Origin: Candidatus Micrarchaeota archaeon
GTDB taxonomy: Archaea; Micrarchaeota; Micrarchaeia; Anstonellales; J096
Length of the DNA stretch: 64,000 bases
Direction: 5' to 3'
Assembly: GCA_015523325.1 (NCBI GenBank)
Contig: WAKO01000003.1
Location: forward strand, 77 to 64,076
The notes under the pieces were generated by a model. The model worked only from the letters and a program-made list of their open reading frames with translations. It ran no database searches and was not told the origin of the DNA. Numbering within the stretch: the first letter of the stretch is position 1; each line of letters begins with the position of its first letter. The position numbers and the translations under genes were made by a program. Below are positions 1-7,193 of the stretch, piece by piece.

Positions 1-650
1 ACCAATTCCCCTCCTTGCCTTAAAGAGTCAAAAGCACTCACTATCATCCTCTTTTGCACCCTTGAGAGGGATTTTACTTTTTTCTTTGTTATCATTTTTA
101 TAGCACTTAAGGAGCTTCCTAAGTTTGAGCAAGGAGCGTCAACCAAAGCTTTATCAAAGCACTCCTTATAGGGCAATTTCCTAGCATCCCATAATGTTAC
201 TACAACATTTAAGGCCCCTAACCTATTTATGTTTCCCACTAAAGAACTTAATCTTTTCACTTTCACATCATTAGCAACAACAGCTCCTGTATTTCTCATA
301 AGCATACTAATTAATGTTGTTTTTCCTCCAGGAGAGGCACAGCAATCAATAACTTTTGTGTGTGGTTTAGGATTTAAAACAACAGCAGGAAGCATAGAGC
401 TTAGGGTTTGGGTGTGAATATAGCCTAAAAAGAATTCCAAAGTATTCCCTATTGGAAAATCTTTTGGAAGGGAAAATGCAAAAGGCAATGGAGTTTCCTT
501 TAGCTTCAGGCTTGTAAACTCTAAAAAGTTTTGAATACTTATTTTTAGAGTGTTAACTCTAAACACCCTCTCCATATTTAACATTGCTTCTTCCCATTCT
601 TCTAAAGGAGAAAAGCACTCTATATAATTCTTTCCATAATCTCTATCCAC
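1..650 (-). CDS. RsmB/NOL1/NOP2/NSUN family RNA m5C methyltransferase (runs off window start)
   Basis: Not in the ORF track. Manual translation from GTG at 650 gives ...FRVNTLK...GYIHTQTLSSMLPAVVLNP...VIDCCASPGGKTT...FDKALVDAPCS, which are NOL1/NOP2 motifs I and IV. Confidence 0.9.
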   Translation of the reverse strand, partial: MDRDYGKNYIECFSPLEEWEEAMLNMERVFRVNTLKISIQNFLEFTSLKLKETPLPFAFSLPKDFPIGNTLEFFLGYIHTQTLSSMLPAVVLNPKPHTKVIDCCASPGGKTTLISMLMRNTGAVVANDVKVKRLSSLVGNINRLGALNVVVTLWDARKLPYKECFDKALVDAPCSNLGSSLSAIKMITKKKVKSLSRVQKRMIVSAFDSLRQGGEL

Positions 651-671
651 AACCTTCTCTAGGAGATGGTT

Positions 672-679
672 TTTAAATA
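672..679 (+). promoter_or_regulatory. Putative archaeal TATA box (TTTAAATA) for the RNA element A / element B / tRNA-Leu(GAG) transcript
   Basis: About 25 nt upstream of the start of the GC-rich element at 706. It could also serve the divergent methyltransferase gene. Confidence 0.55.
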
Positions 680-705
680 ACTTGCTCCAAAAACATAACT
701 TAGTG

Positions 706-778
706 TCTCTAACTTCGGGAACCTTGGAAGACCTCTCTGGAGGGTCTGGGAGTTGGCCCCGTGAAGAAGGCTTAGAGA
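706..778 (+). ncRNA. Structured GC-rich RNA element, copy A (diverged paralog of copy B), family unknown
   Basis: GC-rich island closed by TCTCTAA/TTAGAGA. Shares GGGAACCT, GACCTYTCWGGAGGGTC and GGCCCCGTGAAG blocks with copy B. Confidence 0.6.
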
Positions 779-867
779 AGCCTTAGCTCTGGGAACCTCA
801 GAAAGACCTTTCAGGAGGGTCCACGGGGGGCAAGGCCCCGTGAAGGAAGGTTCAGAGAGGGTTCTTG
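776..867 (+). ncRNA. Structured GC-rich RNA element, copy B1 (5' leader of tRNA-Leu GAG)
   Basis: Hairpins GACCTTT/GAGGGTC and CACGGGG/CCCCGTG, with enclosing stems CTCTG/CAGAG and GAACCT/AGGTTC. Identical to 5600-5691. Confidence 0.7.
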
Positions 868-951
868 GCAGGGGTCGCCCAGTGGTCAACGGCGCCACCT
901 TGAGGGGGTGGTCCCTTAGTGGGTTCGTGGGTTCGAATCCCACCCCCTGCA
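868..951 (+). tRNA. tRNA-Leu(GAG), no intron, CCA not encoded
   Basis: GCAGGGG/CCCCTGC acceptor stem, CCACC-TT GAG GG-GGTGG anticodon arm, long variable arm, GTGGG-TTCGAAT-CCCAC T arm, discriminator A. Confidence 0.96.
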
Positions 952-1040
952 ACTTATGTATCCATTGTAACTAGTTTCTACTAATAGTTTATCTTTAGTT
1001 TTCTGGAAATTAACCTAAATCTTACTAAGGAGGCGATAGT

Positions 1041-1460
1041 ATGGAGCTAAATCAAACAACCTTGATTATAGGAGTTGTAGCTCTTTTGATTATAGGTTTC
1101 TTTATCTTTTCTCAAGCCACAACTCCTATGCAAGAGCAAATGAATGCAATGGAACAAGAAATGGAAGAGATGATGGATGGAGAGGTTAGAGTTATTAATG
1201 TTGATGGAAGTGAGTTTAGATTTAATCCAAGCACTATTAGAGTAACAAAAGGGGAAAGAGTCAGAGTTGTGTTTAGAAATGTTGGAACTTTGCCACATGA
1301 CTTTGTTATTGAGGGAACAAATATAAGGACTAGGATAATATCTCCTGGAGAAACAGATGCAGTAGAGTTTATAGCTGATAGGACTGGGGAGCTTACATTC
1401 TATTGTTCTGTTGGAAATCACAGGGCAAATGGAATGGAAGGAGACTTAGTTATTGAATAA
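1041..1460 (+). CDS. Membrane-anchored cupredoxin (plastocyanin/azurin-like blue copper protein)
   Basis: N-terminal TM helix, Met-rich linker, and type-1 Cu ligands PHDF...FYCSVGNHRANGM. Confidence 0.9.
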   Translation: MELNQTTLIIGVVALLIIGFFIFSQATTPMQEQMNAMEQEMEEMMDGEVRVINVDGSEFRFNPSTIRVTKGERVRVVFRNVGTLPHDFVIEGTNIRTRIISPGETDAVEFIADRTGELTFYCSVGNHRANGMEGDLVIE

Positions 1461-1500
1461 ACTTTGTTCTTTTTCTTTTTTGTTTTTTTAGTTTTTTTCT
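1461..1500 (+). terminator. Oligo-T tract, probable archaeal terminator
   Basis: Multiple T runs directly after the stop codon. Confidence 0.5.
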
Positions 1501-1632
1501 AGTAAAAATTAAGCTTATTTTTAAGATTAAATTTTCTGAAATTAATTTCATTTTTGCTTCATATTTTCTTAGAAATATTTTTCAAATCTATTTCTCTTCA
1601 ACTTTTAAAAGCTATTACAGCGCTCCCCAATC

Positions 1633-2103
1633 ATGGTAGGAAATATTAAGGTTTTGCTAGGATTGGCTTTGTTGCTATTATTGGTTGGTTGCACAAGTGT
1701 TGGAGAGGATTATCCAAACTTAAAGAAGTACTTGAACGGGAGGGAAGTTATTCTTTATAAGAGCAATTTCTGTGGATGTTGTGAGGCATATGCTTCCTAT
1801 TTAGAGGAGAATGGAATAAGAGTAAAGGTTGTTTCAATGGAAAACTTAGAGGAATTAAAAAATAGGATAGGTATTCCTATGACTTATTGGAGTTGCCATA
1901 CTGTTGATTTTGGAGATTTTATTGTGGAAGGGCATGTACCTTTAAGAGCTATTGAAATAGCCTTAAGGGAAAACATTGATTTTGATGTAATAGCATTGCC
2001 TGGAATGCCTGCTGGTTCTCCTGGAATGGGAGGAGTTAAACAAGGAAAGTTTGAAATATCCTTACTAAAAAATGGAGAGGCAGTTGATAATATTTTGATT
2101 TAA
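1633..2103 (+). CDS. DUF411 family (CopG-like) metal-binding protein, probable lipoprotein
   Basis: CGCC, SCHT, VEGHVP and PGMPAGSPGM motifs; LLLVGC lipobox-like signal. Confidence 0.88.
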   Translation: MVGNIKVLLGLALLLLLVGCTSVGEDYPNLKKYLNGREVILYKSNFCGCCEAYASYLEENGIRVKVVSMENLEELKNRIGIPMTYWSCHTVDFGDFIVEGHVPLRAIEIALRENIDFDVIALPGMPAGSPGMGGVKQGKFEISLLKNGEAVDNILI

Positions 2104-2155
2104 TCTTATTGGTCTTTGCTTTTTTGGAGTTTGACTAAAAAATGGAGGTGAGCAT

Positions 2156-2533
2156 GTGAAAGGTAATTTAGATTTAAGGAGTTTGGACTTAAAGAGCTTT
2201 ATTGGAGGATTTTTGGTTGCTCTTCTTGTTTTTGGAGCATTCTTTTTAGCAAAACCCCAGCAAGAGGTTTCAGTAGTTTCAACAACTAGTTATTTGGAGA
2301 TTAGGGATGCATTAAAAGCAAAGCTTATGGAAGAGGGAAAGTATAGGTGTTGTATAAAAGAGCCTTGTAGTTATTGCTTGGAGGAAGGAGGTTGTGATTG
2401 CATAGACAAAATAATGGAAGGAAGAGCTCCTTGTGGAGAATGCATTGGGGAAATTTTGGAAGGAAATGCAAACCCTTATCTTTCAGATGAACAAATCTCA
2501 AGAGCTCTCTCAGAAGTTAAGGAAGAGATGTGA
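2156..2533 (+). CDS. Membrane-anchored Cys-rich hypothetical protein
   Basis: GGAGGTG RBS, TM helix, then CC-x3-PC-x2-C-x4-CxC-x9-C-x2-C (8 Cys). Confidence 0.8.
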   Translation: MKGNLDLRSLDLKSFIGGFLVALLVFGAFFLAKPQQEVSVVSTTSYLEIRDALKAKLMEEGKYRCCIKEPCSYCLEEGGCDCIDKIMEGRAPCGECIGEILEGNANPYLSDEQISRALSEVKEEM

Positions 2534-2574
2534 TTTTTTTCCCTTTTCCTTTCTTTTTGTTTTATTTTTTAACC

Positions 2575-3060
2575 CTATTTTTTCATATTTAGCTTTAAAA
2601 CAACCGCATTTGTCATTCCTCTCCTTTTCCTCTCAATAATATCTTTTGATTCTAGCTTATCCAGAATCCTTGTTATTTTCACCCTACTAAACCCAGTTTC
2701 CTTAACCAACTCACTTTGCAGCATAATTCCTTCATTTTTTAGGAGCAACTCTAGGATTAGCTTTTCCTCTCCTTTAAACATTTTTAGCAACTTTTCAGGT
2801 TTTGCTTCTTGCTTTTTTCCTTCATTGTCAAAGAATAATTGCAGGAGTGAAGCTACTATTATTAAAAGAGAAAGGGTTACTCCAACATAAGCTTCTATTG
2901 GATAATAATCTGAGTGGGGGCAATAGCCCAAAGCTTCTATACACTTATTATCATCAACCTCCTTATATTTTAAGCTCATGTATATTACAATTATTAACAA
3001 TAGGAGAGCTGCAAAAACATTTACTAAAGCTAGTGCTTTCTTTTTTCCTATCATTTTCAT
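2575..3060 (-). CDS. Two-TM membrane protein with C-terminal winged HTH (COG2512-like), putative membrane-bound regulator
   Basis: Two hydrophobic helices flanking a C-x6-CPH loop; C-terminal LQSELVKETGFSRVKITRILDKLE...IIERKRRGMTN wHTH. Confidence 0.8.
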   Translation of the reverse strand: MKMIGKKKALALVNVFAALLLLIIVIYMSLKYKEVDDNKCIEALGYCPHSDYYPIEAYVGVTLSLLIIVASLLQLFFDNEGKKQEAKPEKLLKMFKGEEKLILELLLKNEGIMLQSELVKETGFSRVKITRILDKLESKDIIERKRRGMTNAVVLKLNMKK

Positions 3061-3109
3061 CTCAATTAACCACTGTTATCTATTTAAAGTTAATACTCCT
3101 TATTTGTTT

Positions 3110-3628
3110 ATGAGTGATGAAGCTATTGAGAAAATAAAGCAAAAGAAAAAAGAGATAATAGAGGAAGGAGGAGTTTTTGCTAGGCTCTATTTCCAGCTTT
3201 TTGGAAAGGAGAAGGAGGCTTTGCTAAACCTTGCAAAAGGATTTTCAGCGGCTTTGGTTAAAGCAAAAGGAGTTGAGATTGGAGCAACCGAGATTGCTGA
3301 AGTTGAAAAATTAGAGGATGGATATTTTTCTACTTATTTGATTGCACATCTTGTGTTTTCTTCCCCAAAAGACTTATTTGAGCTTGTTGTTGATACACAT
3401 CCTTTCTCTATTGAGGTTGTTGAACCAGAGGAGCTAACCCTAAACATTGGAAAAATGAATGAAATATTACATAGCCTCTCTTCCTATTCCTTTGAGCTTA
3501 AGAGAGCTATTCTTGAAGCAAATCCAGAAAAAAGGCAATTAATGAAAAGAATTGCAGCCGAAAGAGTTAGGCTAGGAGAAAAGCTTGGAAAAAAGGAAGA
3601 AAGCTCAAAAAAGGAGGAGCAAAAATGA
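3110..3628 (+). CDS. Hypothetical protein
   Basis: Start moved to MSDEAIEK at 3110 to avoid overlap with the divergent gene; typical codon usage; ATGA overlap with the next gene. Confidence 0.75.
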   Translation: MSDEAIEKIKQKKKEIIEEGGVFARLYFQLFGKEKEALLNLAKGFSAALVKAKGVEIGATEIAEVEKLEDGYFSTYLIAHLVFSSPKDLFELVVDTHPFSIEVVEPEELTLNIGKMNEILHSLSSYSFELKRAILEANPEKRQLMKRIAAERVRLGEKLGKKEESSKKEEQK

Positions 3629-4311
3629 TAGGTAATGGTATTATAAAAACTTCTATTCCTGGATTTGATGAGATTTTAGGGGGAGGAATTCCGGTTGGAT
3701 CAATAATTTACATTTCTGGCTCTCCAGGAACAGGTAAATCAATACTTTCTACTCAATTTCTTATAGGAGGAATAAATAGAGGAGAGGTTGGGCTCTATTT
3801 AACAATGGAAGAGCCTAGGGAAAAGTTTGTTTCCCATATGGAAAGAGTTGGTTGGAATATTAGGGCTTATGAAGATAGTAATCAAATGATTATAATTGAT
3901 TATCCTCCTCATGAAGTTGATCAGTTAACCTCTCCTTCCAATCCTTTACTTGAGATAATTAAAGATTATAATGTTTCAAGGGTTGTGATAGATTCAATTT
4001 TGCCTTTAGCTATATCCTTTGATACTGATTATTTGAGAAAAAGAGCGTTCTTCCAATTGATTTCAAATATAAGTGAGTGGGAAACAACAACTTTTATTGT
4101 AGGAGAGGAAACATCCTTTAATCCTTCCAATGGAATCCCTGTTCTTAAGTATGGTTTTGAAACAATAGCAGATGGTTGGATACATATGTATTATGTTAGA
4201 AAGAGAATGGAAAGGAAGAGGTATATTGAAGTTATAAAGCTTAAAGGAATGAACCACTCTACAAGGCTTCATGAGTTTACTGTTTCCAAAGGAATAAGTA
4301 TAAAACCTTAG
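3625..4311 (+). CDS. Single-domain KaiC-like / RAD55 (RecA superfamily) ATPase
   Basis: TSIPGFDEILGGGIP, Walker A GSPGTGKS, TMEE, RVVIDS and IKLKG motifs. Confidence 0.9.
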   Translation: MIGNGIIKTSIPGFDEILGGGIPVGSIIYISGSPGTGKSILSTQFLIGGINRGEVGLYLTMEEPREKFVSHMERVGWNIRAYEDSNQMIIIDYPPHEVDQLTSPSNPLLEIIKDYNVSRVVIDSILPLAISFDTDYLRKRAFFQLISNISEWETTTFIVGEETSFNPSNGIPVLKYGFETIADGWIHMYYVRKRMERKRYIEVIKLKGMNHSTRLHEFTVSKGISIKP

Positions 4312-4356
4312 TTGTTAGCTCTACCAATTGTTTCTTAAATTTCTTAAAGTTACAAG

Positions 4357-5484
4357 TTATTCAAAGCTCTTTTCCCACATTTCCCTAGCTAGCTTTCCTT
4401 CATACATCATTTTCCTTATTTTTTTCTCCACTACTTTCTTTTTTCTTCTATGCTCTTTCAAGTAATTATTTATTTTCTCCACCAACAACATCTTTATTTC
4501 TCCACTTAGCATTTCTCCTTTTGTGTAGCTTCTCGCTATTTCTTCCAACCTTTTGTCATCTTCTTCAAAAAATATACTTAGCCATTGGTAAGGAATGTCA
4601 ACGTTTATGTCTCCCCCATATTTTCTATGCTCTTCTATTGTTGGCTTTCCTCCAGAGAAAGCATATTTCATTATTTTTCTCTTTACTTCCTCTTCTCCAT
4701 CATTTAACCATATAGCTGTTCTTGGGTTTGAAGAGCTCATCTTTCCTTCCAATCCTTGGAGAGGAGGGAAAAACTTACTATGTATTGCAGCAGCTTTATA
4801 ATATCCTAAGCTTTCAGCAATATCCCTTTGTATTCTCCAATATGGGTCTTGGTCTATTCCTGCAGGAATTAAAGCTCTCTTTTTTTCAAAAAAAGTAGGA
4901 ATTATTTGATAAATGGGGTAGAAGCTAAGCCCTACATTTGTCTCATTAGTAAAGCCAAAAACAGCTTTTGCTGTGGAAAAAGTTACTTTTCTTGCTGCTT
5001 TCAGCATTAGCTTATAAACTCTCCCTATGTACTCACTATCTCTAAAAATGAATGTTTTATCCTCATCAAAGCCGATGCTAGCAATATCTTCAATATTTCT
5101 TTTAGCATATTTGTCTACTTCCTCCCAACTTAATCTTTTTTGTAGGAACTTCTCATCATCGCTTATTGCTATGTAGAGGTTTACTCCAAACCTTTTTTGA
5201 AACCATTTAACCAACTCAAAGCTTAAAATATGACCTAAATGCATATCTCCAGTAGGCCCTCTTCCAGTATAAAGGAAGAATCCCTTTCCTTTCTCAAAAT
5301 CTTCTAGCACTTTATCCAAATCTCTGTGTGAGAAGAAAAATCCTCTCCTTATTAATACATGAAGCTCTCCTGCAAGCTTTTCCATTCTCTTCAACAATTC
5401 CTCTCCAATTTTTTTTGTTCCAAACTCTTTTATTAGCTTATTATAATCTATTTTTCCTTCTACTTCCCAAGGGGTTACTCTCAT
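4357..5484 (-). CDS. trpS: Tryptophanyl-tRNA synthetase (archaeal/eukaryotic type)
   Basis: VTPWEV, YTGRGP, HLGH, GIDQDPYWR, KMSSS, AFSGG motifs. Confidence 0.97.
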   Translation of the reverse strand: MRVTPWEVEGKIDYNKLIKEFGTKKIGEELLKRMEKLAGELHVLIRRGFFFSHRDLDKVLEDFEKGKGFFLYTGRGPTGDMHLGHILSFELVKWFQKRFGVNLYIAISDDEKFLQKRLSWEEVDKYAKRNIEDIASIGFDEDKTFIFRDSEYIGRVYKLMLKAARKVTFSTAKAVFGFTNETNVGLSFYPIYQIIPTFFEKKRALIPAGIDQDPYWRIQRDIAESLGYYKAAAIHSKFFPPLQGLEGKMSSSNPRTAIWLNDGEEEVKRKIMKYAFSGGKPTIEEHRKYGGDINVDIPYQWLSIFFEEDDKRLEEIARSYTKGEMLSGEIKMLLVEKINNYLKEHRRKKKVVEKKIRKMMYEGKLAREMWEKSFE

Positions 5485-5564
5485 AGCCCTCTACCTATCT
5501 CTTTTTTCCCTTAAAACCTTTTAAATTGTCTCCCTAAACCCTTTCTTCTCAAAGCTTCCTTTTG

Positions 5565-5572
5565 TTTTAAAA
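5565..5572 (+). promoter_or_regulatory. Putative TATA box (TTTTAAAA) for the element B2 / tRNA-Leu(CAA) transcript
   Basis: About 27 nt upstream of 5600, where the repeat identity begins. Confidence 0.55.
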
Positions 5573-5599
5573 ACCCTTTCACCACTAAAACTTTACAAT

Positions 5600-5691
5600 A
5601 GAAGCCTTAGCTCTGGGAACCTCAGAAAGACCTTTCAGGAGGGTCCACGGGGGGCAAGGCCCCGTGAAGGAAGGTTCAGAGAGGGTTCTTG
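5600..5691 (+). ncRNA. Structured GC-rich RNA element, copy B2 (5' leader of tRNA-Leu CAA)
   Basis: Identical to 776-867 and directly abuts the tRNA +1 position. Confidence 0.7.
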
Positions 5692-5787
5692 GCAGGGGTC
5701 GCCCAGTGGTCAACGGCGCCGGACTCAAGATAGGATAAGAAATCCGGTCCCTTAGTGGGTTCGTGGGTTCGAATCCCACCCCCTGCA
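5692..5787 (+). tRNA. tRNA-Leu(CAA) with a 12-nt intron at 37/38
   Basis: Same body as 868-951. Anticodon arm CCGGA-CT CAA G[ATAGGATAAGAA]A-TCCGG; relaxed bulge-helix motif CUCA/UAAG with a C34-A mismatch. Confidence 0.93.
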
Positions 5788-5801
5788 ACTTTGGTGGAAA
5801 A

Positions 5802-6758
5802 ATGAAAAAGCTGGTTGCTTTGCTTTCTTTAGCTTTCTTGTTGGTGTTGTATTATTTTGCAATATCCTTCTCCTCCTCATTGGAGGAGGTAGGGGTTTTG
5901 CTAGCTTATATAGCAGGCCTTACTATGATTGTTTTGCCTTGCACATTTCCTTTGGTTTTCGTAATAGTTCCTTTGACTTTGGGAAAAGAGTATAAGAAAG
6001 GAATTATTATGGCTATTTTGTTTGGTTTAGGATTAACAATAACTATAAGTATTTATGGAATCCTAACTGCAAAAGTTGGAGAGTTTCTTGGTTTAGATGA
6101 GTTTACAAGGGTTATGTTCTCTTTTGCAGGAATATTGTCTTATGCTTTTGGATTTTCTATGCTCGGTTTGGTTCCCTCTAACCTAATACCCTCTTTGAAT
6201 GTAGGGACTCCTTCCTTTATTTTGAAACAAAAGGATTACATAAGGGCTTTTTTAATGGGGCTATTTTTAGGAAATGCAGGAGTGGGTTGCCCTAACCCAG
6301 CCTTTTATGTTTTACTAACTTATATAGCCTCAACAGGAAGTGTTGTGGAAGGGTTTTTCCTTGGATTTATTCATGGTTTGGGAAGAGCAACTCCCCTCAT
6401 AATATTAGCGGTTTTAGGAGTTTTAGGGTATAATGCTTTAGACTTTTTAAAGAACAATAGGGAGAAGATAGAATCTATAACAGGCTGGATTCTTATTTTA
6501 TTTGGAGCTTTTGTATTAAATTATGGTTTATTTGGAATGTCCTTTTGGGAGGAAAGCTTTATCCATCAAGGCTGGAATGATTTTGTTAGAGATGTTTTTC
6601 CTTCTATAGCTGAGGAAGAAGGGCATGAGGTATTTGAGGGAGCAATTGAAACAGATACTTTAACCCCTTGGATAATAATAGCTATAATGTTTCTGATACC
6701 ATTAATTATAAGAGGAATTAAAGGAATTAAAGCCGAGAGTAAAGAAAAAGAACCGTAA
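5802..6758 (+). CDS. CcdA/DsbD-transmembrane family thiol-disulfide electron transporter
   Basis: Multi-TM protein with LPCTFP and GCPNP Cys motifs, GLGRATP. ATG at 5802 lies 14 nt after the tRNA; the ORF-track start is inside the tRNA. Confidence 0.88.
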   Translation: MKKLVALLSLAFLLVLYYFAISFSSSLEEVGVLLAYIAGLTMIVLPCTFPLVFVIVPLTLGKEYKKGIIMAILFGLGLTITISIYGILTAKVGEFLGLDEFTRVMFSFAGILSYAFGFSMLGLVPSNLIPSLNVGTPSFILKQKDYIRAFLMGLFLGNAGVGCPNPAFYVLLTYIASTGSVVEGFFLGFIHGLGRATPLIILAVLGVLGYNALDFLKNNREKIESITGWILILFGAFVLNYGLFGMSFWEESFIHQGWNDFVRDVFPSIAEEEGHEVFEGAIETDTLTPWIIIAIMFLIPLIIRGIKGIKAESKEKEP

Positions 6759-6852
6759 TTTTTTAATATTAGCTCTACATACTTTTTCTTTGAAACTAGT
6801 TTCTCCAAATTCTTTAAGTAGGGATGTGGAGTTTTTTGTAGGAGGTGTAAAG

Positions 6853-7065
6853 ATGGAAATGAAAAGCGCATTGCTTTTAGGTGTGGTAGTGATATTGTTT
6901 GTGGTATCCATAGTTCAAACAATGCAACTTATGGAGTTAAAAGATAAAGTGAATAGCGGAGTTGCTTTATCTCAACAATCTCCTTCAGTTCCTCAAAACA
7001 CAGGAAACCCAGGAACACTAAGCCAAAACATAAATAACTTACCAACAATGGTTGGAGGTTGTTAG
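6853..7065 (+). CDS. Small membrane-anchored protein with C-terminal LPTMVGGC
   Basis: GGAGGTG RBS before ATG 6853; TM helix, Q/P/N/S-rich linker, MVGGC-stop. Confidence 0.85.
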   Translation: MEMKSALLLGVVVILFVVSIVQTMQLMELKDKVNSGVALSQQSPSVPQNTGNPGTLSQNINNLPTMVGGC

Positions 7066-7193
7066 AGTTATAAACTAAGAGTTATATTAGCTAATCAATT
7101 GGTTTTGATTTTTTATTCGTACTTACCTTTAAGATAAGCTAGGCCTTTATGATAGGTAGAGATTATTGGTGTTATTTAAATGGAGGTGTAAAG

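Larger units (their letters stand above)
776..5791 (+). repeat. Direct repeat pair: 776-896 = 5600-5720 (121 bp identical) and 910-955 = 5746-5791 (46 bp identical)
   Basis: Base-by-base comparison; the two copies differ only in the anticodon arm and intron. Confidence 0.95.

Noticed and set aside
706-867. Type II hammerhead ribozyme reading of the RNA element (GAA, hairpin, hairpin, GUGAAGA)
   Set aside because: The topology is reminiscent, but the core deviates: G instead of C3, no A15.1-U16.1 pair, and an extra G in copy B. Not supportable without a cleavage assay.
706-867. SAM-I, glycine or cobalamin riboswitch, SRP helix 8, or H/ACA guide RNA
   Set aside because: Only short fragments match (GGAGGG..GGCCC..TGAAG, CTTTCAGG, CAGAAAGACCT). 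Required flanking motifs (AUC/GCAAC, AGCAG, terminal ACA) are missing or in the wrong order.
659-952. 97-aa minus-strand ORF, and its twin at 5585-5788
   Set aside because: Antisense shadows of the tRNA-Leu genes and leaders, with atypical composition.
706-955. CRISPR array or mini-array
   Set aside because: The units are 70-90 nt, structured, lack unique spacers, and no cas genes are nearby.
952-5599. Integrated mobile element bounded by attL/attR in tRNA-Leu
   Set aside because: Both tRNAs are complete and have different anticodons, no integrase is present, and the interval contains trpS.
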